Assembly (NCBI GenBank): GCA_000025185.1
Contig: CP001848.1
Location: forward strand, 2,670,001-2,702,000
DNA from: Pirellula staleyi DSM 6068
GTDB lineage: Bacteria > Planctomycetota > Planctomycetia > Pirellulales > Pirellulaceae
Length of the DNA: 32,000 nucleotides
Reading direction: 5' to 3'
Shown: positions 1-7,917 of the stretch, piece by piece
Layout of the letters: each line of letters opens with the position of its first letter
How positions within the stretch are numbered: position 1 is the first letter of the stretch
Notes under the pieces: model-generated
Database searches by the model: none
What the model saw: the letters and a program-made list of their open reading frames with translations, nothing else
Told to the model about the DNA's origin: nothing
Made by a program: the position numbers and the translations under genes

Positions 1-306
1 CGGATGGTGATGGTCCAACAGGTCATCACCAACGCTTCGCGAGAAGGGGCAAGGACGGCTGTGCTCGACGGGACGACGACGGCGGAAGTAACTGCCACAG
101 TCAACTCCTACCTCGCTAGCGGTTCGATTTCAGGCGCGACTGTAGTGGTCACACCTAATCCTCCGACGAATGCCGATGGTGGGGATCCAGTGACTGTGAC
201 GGTTTCTGTTCCTTTCAGTCAAGTCAGTTGGCTCCCGTCGCCAATGTACTTAGGAGGGAAGACTCTCTCGTCGACGACCGTAATGCGCCGCGAGTCGGTG
301 CAGTAG
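1..306 (+). CDS. TadE/TadG-like Flp-pilus assembly protein, C-terminal part (5' end lies outside the window)
   Basis: The frame-1 ORF is open to the window edge, with TAG at 304-306. The sequence ...NASREGARTAVLDG...GDPVTVTVSVPF... resembles the C-terminal part of TadE/TadG-type proteins. It sits directly upstream of cpaB-cpaC-cpaE. Confidence 0.55.
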   Translation, partial: RMVMVQQVITNASREGARTAVLDGTTTAEVTATVNSYLASGSISGATVVVTPNPPTNADGGDPVTVTVSVPFSQVSWLPSPMYLGGKTLSSTTVMRRESVQ

Positions 307-400
307 CTAGCAACACCAGCGACTAGCTCTTTACGGCCGTCCAGATGGTTCAGCGTCTCATCATTTGTGTTTGCTGGCGGCAAGCGAAGGAAACCTCGCA

Positions 401-1519
401 ATGCGGATGAAGTCTCTAATCCTGATCTTCATTGCCCTAGGCTGCGGTCTGGTCGCTTCGATCGGCATCAGCCAGGTGATGGAGCGTGGTGGCAGCGGAG
501 CTGCGCCAGCCATGGAGATGGAGCAGATCCTCGTTGCGCTCGCCGACATCGATATCGATGCCAAGCTGAACGCCGAGAATGTGCAACTCGAAGAGTGGCC
601 CAAATCCAAGGTTCCCGAGGGGGCGGTTCGCTCGCTCGATGAAGTCGAGGCCAAATTCGCTCAGCAGCGATTCTTTAAAGGAGAGCCGATTCTCCTGGCC
701 AAGATCAGCGACCAAAACGTCAACCCGATGATCCGCATCCCGGAAGGTTACCGGGTCATGCCGGTGAAAGTCGACGATGAAACGGTGCTGAAAGCCATTT
801 CGCCCGGCGATCGCGTCGACGTGATGGTGTTCCTCCGCCGTAGCGAAGAAATCAAGCAGACCGCGACCTATACGATTCTGCGTAATGTCCGTGTGTTCGC
901 TGTGAATTCCAATACCGAGCGCGATCTCGAGACCAAGGGGCAAGACGTCAATGCTCGCACCGTGTCGCTGATCATTAAGCCACAGCAGTCGCGAGAACTC
1001 GCGGTCGCTTCGCAGATTGGCAAGATCATCCTGACGATGCGTCGCCCCGATGAAACCGACGAAGCGGGCGAAGGTGAAGACGTAACTCCTATCACGGAAA
1101 TCCTTTCGGGCAAAGCATCGCTTGGCGATGAAGAGCAGCCCGCACCAGCGGCACCAGTCGCTGCTCCGGCACCGATCAACAGCTTTCTGACCGAAGTGAC
1201 CACGCCTGCTGCTCCAGCCCCCGCACCAGCGGCTGCTGTCCCAGCAAAGCCTGCCTTCACGATGCACATCTTTGGCCCTGCTGATGTGAAAGCCTACGAA
1301 TGGCAAGACACCAAGCAGCTCCCAATCGAAACGAGCCTGGGTGGCCAGCCCACACCTGTGGTCGAGCCTGCACCAGCCCCAGTGGCTCCGGCTGCTCAAC
1401 CAACGCCAGCTGCCGAGCCAACTTTGGAAGAACCAGTATCAGCCGAGCCAGTGACCGTGGAGCCTGTGACCGAAGAAGCAGGCACGTCTCCACCTGCGTA
1501 TGCACCACCTGTCGACTAA
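401..1519 (+). CDS. cpaB: Flp pilus assembly protein CpaB/RcpC with Pro/Ala-rich C-terminal extension
   Basis: ATG at 401 gives the N-terminal membrane anchor MRMKSLILIFIALGCGLVASIG; the ORF-track TTG at 365 only adds 12 aa in front of it. The core is CpaB-like (YRVMPVKVDD, ISPGDRVDVMV, VRVFAVN, TVSLIIKPQQSRELAVASQIGKIILTMRRP). Position in the tad locus supports the call. Confidence 0.8.
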   Translation: MRMKSLILIFIALGCGLVASIGISQVMERGGSGAAPAMEMEQILVALADIDIDAKLNAENVQLEEWPKSKVPEGAVRSLDEVEAKFAQQRFFKGEPILLAKISDQNVNPMIRIPEGYRVMPVKVDDETVLKAISPGDRVDVMVFLRRSEEIKQTATYTILRNVRVFAVNSNTERDLETKGQDVNARTVSLIIKPQQSRELAVASQIGKIILTMRRPDETDEAGEGEDVTPITEILSGKASLGDEEQPAPAAPVAAPAPINSFLTEVTTPAAPAPAPAAAVPAKPAFTMHIFGPADVKAYEWQDTKQLPIETSLGGQPTPVVEPAPAPVAPAAQPTPAAEPTLEEPVSAEPVTVEPVTEEAGTSPPAYAPPVD

Positions 1520-1742
1520 CGAGTGGAGCGATAGCGTCAGCGAACCGACACCACGACATTCACGACCGAGCATCCTGAGAGACCACACGAGCCAAATCAC
1601 CTTCCCACACTCGATTTTTCATCTGCAGCAATATGCGAGAGGCCTTGGAGGGCGAGCTTGCATGTACTACGGACGCGAGTGATACAGCACACCCTGCCAA
1701 GCCGATACGAACAAGACAGTCCCGATAGCGCGTTTACAACGC

Positions 1743-3518
1743 ATGCAAGGAAGCATAAGGATGGCCATCGCAAACTCTCCAGGGCGCTTGCAAAAGCGAT
1801 ACTCCCTGCTGGCAGGATTGCCCGCGCTACTCGTGGCACTCACGTTTGCCGCACCTGCGTTTTCGCAGCCAATGAGCCTTCCCGGAGTTGGCCCCATGCC
1901 AGCCGCCGTGAAGTTCAAGGTCCAAGGACCTGCGGAAAAGCTCGAAATGACGGTCAACACCAGCCGCGTCGTCGAATTTCCGTTCGACGTCCCGAAAATG
2001 CTGGTGAACAACCCCGATCTGGTGCGCATCACTCCGATCTCGCCTAACAGCATTCAGCTGTCGGCCGTTAAAGGTGGCGTGACGCAGCTGAACGTCTGGA
2101 ATGCCGATGACCAGGTCACCACGCTCGACCTGATTGTGATTCCCGACGTCCAAGAGCTGGAGATGATCCTCAAGCACGAGTTTCCCGACGCGGCGATTCG
2201 TCTGCGTCCCCTCGCCAGCAGCCTCTACATCTCGGGCTTTGTGCCAAAGGCCGAGATGGTGGCCAGCATCACGCGAGTGGCGGAAGACTACTTCCCCAAG
2301 ATCATCAACAACATGACCGTGGGTGGTGTGCAAAAAGTGCTCCTCCACGTGAAGGTGATGGAAGTTTCGCGCACGAAGCTCCGGACCATGGGTTTCGACT
2401 GGGCTCAGCTCAACGGCGACGACTTTGTGACCCAAAGTGTCAGTGGTCTGCTGCAGACGCCCGGCACCCTCACGGGCAACACCGGCGCCACGGTTCGCTT
2501 TGGCATCCTCACCGATAACAACCAGTTCTACGGCTTCCTCGAAGCTCTCCGTCAAAACGATCTGGCGAAGCTGCTCGCCGAGCCGACCCTCGTCACCATG
2601 AGTGGTCGTCCCGCCTACTTCAATGTCGGTGGCGAAGTCCCGATTCCGATGCAGCAATCGCTCGGTGTCACCACCGTGCAGTACAAACAGTTCGGTACCC
2701 GGATCGACTTTGTTCCGATCGTTCTGGGCAACGGTAGCATTCGGCTCGAAGTTCGTCCCGAAGTGACCGAAATCGACCCCAGCTTACGCGACGCTGTGAC
2801 CGGTGTTCCCGGTTTCCGTCAACGGGGTGCTGATACCGCTGTGGAAATCAAAGCGGGTCAAACGATGGCGATCGCCGGTCTGGTCTACAACCGTGTGGAA
2901 GCCAGCAATCGTGGTGTGCCGTTCCTCGCCGATCTCCCTTGGGCCGGTGGCGCGTTCCGCCGCGTGAGCGAGAAGGTGAACGAAGTCGAACTCGTCATCA
3001 TGGTGACCCCCGAATTCACCGAAGCCCTCGATCCAAGCGAAGTCCCTGCCTGTGGTCCTGGTCAGCTGACGACCAGCCCCACCGACAAAGAACTCTACGG
3101 ACGTGGCTATATCGAAGTCCCCAAAGCCAACTGCAACAATGGCAACTGTGCTCCTCAAGGAAGCATGTTCCAAGGGACGCAGATGCAGCGTCACTACGAA
3201 GAAGTTCCTGCTGGTCCTTCGACACCGATGGGCAGCAACCGACGCCCTGTCGCAGGTCCTCAGCCGAGCCAAACTGCTCAAGCAGCACAGCCCACACCAA
3301 GCTATCGCACGGCACAATCGGCGCCGTCGTCGCCTGCGATGAGCGTGCAGCCTCGCAGTGTTAGTTACGGTCAGCCGACACCTGCCCCGCCACAAGTGGC
3401 CCAGCCCGCTCCGGCACAATCAGTACCGTCCTACTATTCTGGTGCTGCACCCCAGAATCCAGCACCAGTAACTCAGCCAACACTCATTGGCCCACTTGGT
3501 TATGACGACCTAAAGTAA
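1743..3518 (+). CDS. cpaC: CpaC/RcpA-type secretin (type II/III secretion system secretin family) with Pro/Gln-rich tail
   Basis: Signal peptide LLAGLPALLVALTFAAPAFSQP. N-terminal pilus-formation domain (VVEFPFDVPKMLVNNPDLVRITPISPNSIQLSAVKGG). Secretin core (LAEPTLVTMSGRPAYFNVGGEVPIP, QYKQFGTRIDFVPIVLGNGSIRLEVRPEV, GVPFLADLPWAGGAFRR, ELVIMVTPE). Confidence 0.9.
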   Translation: MQGSIRMAIANSPGRLQKRYSLLAGLPALLVALTFAAPAFSQPMSLPGVGPMPAAVKFKVQGPAEKLEMTVNTSRVVEFPFDVPKMLVNNPDLVRITPISPNSIQLSAVKGGVTQLNVWNADDQVTTLDLIVIPDVQELEMILKHEFPDAAIRLRPLASSLYISGFVPKAEMVASITRVAEDYFPKIINNMTVGGVQKVLLHVKVMEVSRTKLRTMGFDWAQLNGDDFVTQSVSGLLQTPGTLTGNTGATVRFGILTDNNQFYGFLEALRQNDLAKLLAEPTLVTMSGRPAYFNVGGEVPIPMQQSLGVTTVQYKQFGTRIDFVPIVLGNGSIRLEVRPEVTEIDPSLRDAVTGVPGFRQRGADTAVEIKAGQTMAIAGLVYNRVEASNRGVPFLADLPWAGGAFRRVSEKVNEVELVIMVTPEFTEALDPSEVPACGPGQLTTSPTDKELYGRGYIEVPKANCNNGNCAPQGSMFQGTQMQRHYEEVPAGPSTPMGSNRRPVAGPQPSQTAQAAQPTPSYRTAQSAPSSPAMSVQPRSVSYGQPTPAPPQVAQPAPAQSVPSYYSGAAPQNPAPVTQPTLIGPLGYDDLK

Positions 3519-3666
3519 GATAGCTGAGTGAATTGAGTCACCCGGCTTCTGCCATCCTTAAGACCGCAGAAGTGGGGTGCGTCGATCGCACGCGACGACC
3601 ACATGCTCGTCGCCCGGCTAAGGTCCTGTCTCGTAAGCCACCACCCCTCCACTTCCCCTTGTCGCA

Positions 3667-4902
3667 ATGAGCAACGTTCTTCGACTTGCCATCGTCGACC
3701 CGAATGACACCTCTCGCAATGCGCTCAAAAGCATGCTGCTGGGGATGGATGTTGTTTGGCTAGAAGCGGAATGCTCGCGCTACGAGTTCTTCGCCGACGT
3801 CATTGGGCAGACCAAGCCCGACATCGGTGTGATTTCGATCGACAGCAACCCCGAGAAGGGGCTCAAGCTGATCGAACAGATCCACATCAGCGCTCCCGAC
3901 TGTGCGCTCCTGGTGGTGAGCAGCTCGTCCGACGGACAAACGATCCTGCGGGCGATGCGGGCCGGTGCCAAAGAGTTTCTCACCCAGCCAATTCGGGTCG
4001 AAGACCTGCTCCACGCCCTCGATCGCATCGGTAGCCAAAAATTTGGGGCCGGTGAAGGTCGCACCCGCAGCTGTCACGTCATTGCCGTCGCTGGTGCCAC
4101 TGGTGGTGTCGGAACGACGAGTCTCGCCGTCAATCTCGGCTGTGTGCTCGCTGCTGAACCTCGCAACAGCGTGGTGCTGGTCGACCTCGACCTGTCACTC
4201 GGTGATGCCGACGTGTTCCTCGACACCATTCCCGACTACACGCTGGTCGATGTCGCGCAGAACATCAGCCGACTCGACTTCACGCTGCTGAAGCGTTCGC
4301 TCACCAAGCACTCGTCGGGGCTCTATCTGCTGCCGCGACCCGTGCAATTGCAAGACACCGCACTCATCACGCCCGACGATCTCACCCGTGTGCTCGGTCT
4401 GCTGAAGGCCAGTTTCACGCACATGATCCTCGACTTGTCGAAGGGCTATACGCCCGCCGACTTCGTGGCGCTCAAGAGCGCGAAAGATATTCTGCTCGTC
4501 ACCCAGCTCGACCTGCCGTGCCTGCGTAACGTCGTGCGACTGATGATGTCGTTCGGCGAAACTGAAGGGCTCAAGGACAAGGTGAAGATTGTGGTGAATC
4601 GGGTCGGTCTCGACACCGGCTCGATCAGTGTGAAGAAGGCCCAGGAGACGATGGGTCGCGAGATCTACTGGCAGTTGCCCAACGATTACCGCACGATGGT
4701 GGAAGTTCGCAACAACGGTGTGCCGCTCATCGAGCAGGCCCCGCGAGCCAGCATCACGCAAGCGGTGGTGACTCTGGCCGAAGCGCTCGGCGCGGAAGAG
4801 AAAACCAAAGAGGCCGAACCAGCCGCCGCTGGCGCTGGCAAATCGGGTGGAGGCTGGCTCAGCTTCCTCTCCGGTAAAGGAAAGCCCAAAGGAAGCAAGT
4901 AG
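3667..4902 (+). CDS. cpaE: CpaE/TadZ-like pilus localisation protein: receiver-like N-domain plus MinD/ParA-type ATPase fold with degenerate Walker A
   Basis: The N-terminus is REC-like (LAIVDPND...PDIGVISID...LLVVSS...GAKEFLTQP). The MinD/ParA-like part is VIAVAGATGGVGTTSLAVNLG...VVLVDLDLSLGDADVFLD...ILLVTQLDLPCLRN. It follows cpaC, as in tad loci. Confidence 0.8.
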   Translation: MSNVLRLAIVDPNDTSRNALKSMLLGMDVVWLEAECSRYEFFADVIGQTKPDIGVISIDSNPEKGLKLIEQIHISAPDCALLVVSSSSDGQTILRAMRAGAKEFLTQPIRVEDLLHALDRIGSQKFGAGEGRTRSCHVIAVAGATGGVGTTSLAVNLGCVLAAEPRNSVVLVDLDLSLGDADVFLDTIPDYTLVDVAQNISRLDFTLLKRSLTKHSSGLYLLPRPVQLQDTALITPDDLTRVLGLLKASFTHMILDLSKGYTPADFVALKSAKDILLVTQLDLPCLRNVVRLMMSFGETEGLKDKVKIVVNRVGLDTGSISVKKAQETMGREIYWQLPNDYRTMVEVRNNGVPLIEQAPRASITQAVVTLAEALGAEEKTKEAEPAAAGAGKSGGGWLSFLSGKGKPKGSK

Positions 4903-5043
4903 CAGCCGCTAGCAACTCGCTTGGCTCGTTGACTCCTTCCCTTAGCGTTCTTCCGGCGGCATTTCTGCCGCGAAAAACTGCTCTCGCATCGAGGGGGCCG
5001 TTTTGATACTCCTTCGCGACTCAACCAAGCGAGGAGTTTTTCC

Positions 5044-6174
5044 ATGAACGTGCGATTTGCCCAAGCCTGCCGTGCGACGCTCTGCCTTCTGCTACTCGTC
5101 GCCACCGCGACCACCAGCCTGGCAGCCCCTCCGTGGATGGCCCTGGTCCCATTCCGTCGCAACGTGGAAGCCGATCCCAAAAAGACCTACGAACTCACCC
5201 AAGGCCAAGGGCCTTGGATGATCATGTGCACGTCGTTTAGCGGCGAAAATGCCGAGGAGCAAGCGCATCAGCTCTGCCTCGAAATCCGCAGCCGCTTTCA
5301 GCTCGAAGCGTTTGTTTTCAAACAGAATTTCGACTTCACCAAGTCGGAAATCGGACTCGGTTTGAACCAGTTCGGTGGTCCGAAGAAAATGCGTTACGCC
5401 AACGGCGCTAAGATTGAAGAGGTCGCTGTTCTTGTTGGAAATTTTGGCTCGGTCGAAGATCCTGCGGTCGAGAAAGTGCTCGAGCAGATCAAGTATGCCA
5501 AGCCCGAGATGTTTGCCAAAGCGAATCCCGAAACGTCGGGACAAACGTTTGCTCAGCTCCGCAACGTTTATCGTCTCGTCTCGAAGTCGGCCGAGAAAAA
5601 ACAGCGCGGACCACTCGGCAACGCCTTCGTGACGCGCAACCCTCTGCTCCCCGAAGAGATGTTTGTCTCCAAGGGTATCGATCCGTTTGTGGTCGAAATG
5701 AACGAAGGGCGCGCTCACTCGCTCCTCGGTTGCCCCGGCGCTTACACCGTGAAAGTCGCCACGTTTCGTGGTGTCGATACGATGAAGCCGGCCGAGTTTG
5801 AAAAACTGATCTCGAAACGCAAATCGTCCAAACTCGATGAAGCGGCCGAGAAGGCCACGAAGCTGTGCGAATCGCTTCGCCGTCGTCAGGTCGAGGCGTA
5901 TGTGTTCCACGACATCACCGAGAGCTACGTTTGCGTCGGTTCGTTCGACACCGTCGGCACACCACTGCCGAGCGGCAATATCGAAATCAATCCGGCAATC
6001 TACAAAGTGATTCAGTCGTACGGTCCCGAAAAGAAGGCGATCCCCGGTCAGATGCAAACCGCGCTCGAGCCACGCATGCTCGACAACCTGCCGTTCGACG
6101 TGCAGCCGATGCCGGTGGAAGTTCCCAAGCGTTCGATCGCGGCCGCCTATTCGCGCTCGTTGCTCGAGCAGTAG
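5044..6174 (+). CDS. secreted hypothetical protein with two internally duplicated SPOR-like modules
   Basis: ATG at 5044 with signal peptide LCLLLLVATATTSLAAP. Codon usage matches neighbouring genes. The two modules share the pattern (W/Y)x(I/V)x(C/V)x(S/T)F ... A..LC..(I/L)R.R...EA(F/Y)VF. No family is firmly recognised. Confidence 0.7.
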   Translation: MNVRFAQACRATLCLLLLVATATTSLAAPPWMALVPFRRNVEADPKKTYELTQGQGPWMIMCTSFSGENAEEQAHQLCLEIRSRFQLEAFVFKQNFDFTKSEIGLGLNQFGGPKKMRYANGAKIEEVAVLVGNFGSVEDPAVEKVLEQIKYAKPEMFAKANPETSGQTFAQLRNVYRLVSKSAEKKQRGPLGNAFVTRNPLLPEEMFVSKGIDPFVVEMNEGRAHSLLGCPGAYTVKVATFRGVDTMKPAEFEKLISKRKSSKLDEAAEKATKLCESLRRRQVEAYVFHDITESYVCVGSFDTVGTPLPSGNIEINPAIYKVIQSYGPEKKAIPGQMQTALEPRMLDNLPFDVQPMPVEVPKRSIAAAYSRSLLEQ

Positions 6175-6264
6175 AGCCGTTTCCCTGCTAAAATAACGTG
6201 CTTACGCGATCTGGTGCCGTTTAGCTCGGTCGCGCTCGAGGCTGTGAATAGCAGGGAACAATCG

Positions 6265-6891
6265 ATGTCCAGTGCGGCTTGCTCGCTGGTCGTGGCGACG
6301 CGCAATAAAAAGAAACTCGGCGAGCTGCTCGAACTGCTCGCTCCCGAAGGTTTCGCGCTCCAAACACTCGACGATTTTCCCCAGTCGATCGAGGTGGAAG
6401 AGACCGGCGAGACCTTTGCCGCCAACGCCGCTTTGAAAGCGTGCGAGCAAGCGCGGGTGCTGAAGCGCTGGGTCTTGGCCGAAGATAGTGGCCTGGCGGT
6501 CGATGCTCTTGGTGGAGCGCCGGGAGTCTATTCCGCCCGCTTCTCGGGGGAAGGTGCCACCGACGCTAAAAACAACGCGCTACTGCTCGAGAAGCTCGCC
6601 CACGTGCCGCTCGAAAAACGGGGAGCGCACTACGTCTGTCACGCTGTCCTCTCCGACCCGGCCGGAAATATTCGGGCCGAAGCGGTCGGACGCTGCTATG
6701 GCCGCATCCTCCCCGTCGCTGCTGGCTCCGGCGGATTTGGTTACGATCCACTCTTCGAAGTGATCGAGTATCACCGCACCTTTGGCGAGCTTGCACCGGC
6801 GGTGAAACGGGCGATCAGTCATCGCGCCCGCTCGATGCGGCTGATGCTCGAGCAGCTGCGTGTTCTGCGCCAGGCTGGCGCATTTGCCTAG
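6265..6891 (+). CDS. rdgB: non-canonical purine NTP (dITP/XTP) pyrophosphatase, RdgB/HAM1 family
   Basis: Motifs: LVVATRNKKKLGEL, VEETGETFAANAALKA, LAEDSGLAVDALGGAPGVYSARF, GFGYDPLF, ISHRA. ATG at 6265 is preferred over the ORF-track GTG at 6214, which adds 17 non-conserved residues. Confidence 0.9.
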   Translation: MSSAACSLVVATRNKKKLGELLELLAPEGFALQTLDDFPQSIEVEETGETFAANAALKACEQARVLKRWVLAEDSGLAVDALGGAPGVYSARFSGEGATDAKNNALLLEKLAHVPLEKRGAHYVCHAVLSDPAGNIRAEAVGRCYGRILPVAAGSGGFGYDPLFEVIEYHRTFGELAPAVKRAISHRARSMRLMLEQLRVLRQAGAFA

Positions 6892-7265
6892 CGACTTTCG
6901 GGGGCGTCGAGGGCATGCTCGGAAAGTTCTTCGAGCGTAGCAAATTCGAGGGCCGAGATGTGGGTCGCGGCGAGATTCACCGGCGGCGCTACACCGGCGT
7001 CGAACGCTTCTTTCCAGCGTGCCGCACACAGGCACCAGCAATCCCCCGGCTTGAGCCCCGGGAAGTCGTACATTGGCATCGGGGTCGAGAGATCGTTGCC
7101 GCGTAGCTGCGAGAAGACGAGGAACTCGGAAGTCATCTTCGCGCACACCACATGCACACCTTCATCGCCGGGCCCTGTGTCGCAGCGACCATTGCGATAG
7201 AAGCCGGTCATCGGTTTGCTACAACAGCCGACGAGGTTCTCTCCGAGTACATTTTTTCCAGGCAT
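6888..7265 (-). CDS. DUF2237 family protein
   Basis: Signature of the DUF2237 family: GFYRNGRCDTGPGDEGVHVVCAKMTSEFLVFS..GNDLSTP...FPGLKPGDCWCLCAARW. The stop codon overlaps the rdgB stop inside CTAG (6888-6891). Confidence 0.85.
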   Translation of the reverse strand: MPGKNVLGENLVGCCSKPMTGFYRNGRCDTGPGDEGVHVVCAKMTSEFLVFSQLRGNDLSTPMPMYDFPGLKPGDCWCLCAARWKEAFDAGVAPPVNLAATHISALEFATLEELSEHALDAPESR

Positions 7266-7477
7266 AAGGGATCCTCTGCAGAGGGCACTACACGATCTTC
7301 AATCACTTCACTCTACCACAACGACCAGCGCCCCAAGTTACGGTCGCCAATATCGCTCGAGGGGCTTTCCAGCCTATGATAATAGAGCAGGCTTGGGCGA
7401 CAGCCGAGCCTCGGTTTTATCGCGCGGAAGCGATGGTGGTTTTGGTTTCGAAGTGACACCCGTAAGCAGCAGCGGCC

Positions 7478-7867
7478 ATGCAACCTAAGTGGTGGGAAAT
7501 CGTGATCTTCGTGGCGATCGTCGGCTCGGTGGCGGGGGGCGTCTTCTACGGTCGCTCGCAAGCCTTGGCGATCTATGGCGACGATGTTGCGCAAGGAGAA
7601 TGGGACACCTGGCGCGAAGATGCCACACAGATGTCCGAAGGTATCGGACCGGTGAAGCGGCGTGCTCCCAAGAGTTTGCAGCCCCCGGCGCTGGTGCTGA
7701 TGAGTCAATATTTTGGCGTCTGCCTGGTGGGGAGCGTGCTGCTGTCGAGCGTGCTGACGATCACCATCCTGGCGTTTGTGCGAGGGGTGATGTCGAGCCC
7801 CACGATGGTCGACCGGAGTCGCGACCAGTCGCCCGCAGCGACCGCGCGACAGCCGCGCCTGCCGTAA
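7478..7867 (+). CDS. small membrane protein (two predicted TM helices), hypothetical
   Basis: ATG at 7478. Hydrophobic segments WWEIVIFVAIVGSVAGGVFY and YFGVCLVGSVLLSSVLTITILAFV. Codon usage resembles neighbouring genes. The competing frames (7313-7921 minus, 7489-8559 plus) are Arg/His-rich junk. Confidence 0.55.
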   Translation: MQPKWWEIVIFVAIVGSVAGGVFYGRSQALAIYGDDVAQGEWDTWREDATQMSEGIGPVKRRAPKSLQPPALVLMSQYFGVCLVGSVLLSSVLTITILAFVRGVMSSPTMVDRSRDQSPAATARQPRLP

Positions 7868-7917
7868 GTTTCGATCGGGCCGTGCTCGCGCTTCAACCTC
7901 ACGATTCAACCTCTCGG

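Noticed and set aside
306-314. The 9-mer GCTAGCAAC occurs three times (306-314, 4908-4916, 25449-25457). Two copies lie just after the stop codons of tad genes.
   Set aside because: This may be chance or reflect CTAG being confined to non-coding DNA. Flanks beyond the 9-mer are not shared, and I cannot compute genome-wide statistics. It is not reported as a repeat family.
365-400. Upstream alternative starts offered by the ORF track (365 TTG cpaB, 6214 GTG rdgB, 9651 GTG Hsp70, 10259, 11374, 13814 GTG csrA, 19216 TTG, 21768 GTG, 25843).
   Set aside because: In each case a downstream ATG places the signal peptide or the conserved N-terminal motif at the expected distance from the start. The extra residues are non-conserved-looking.
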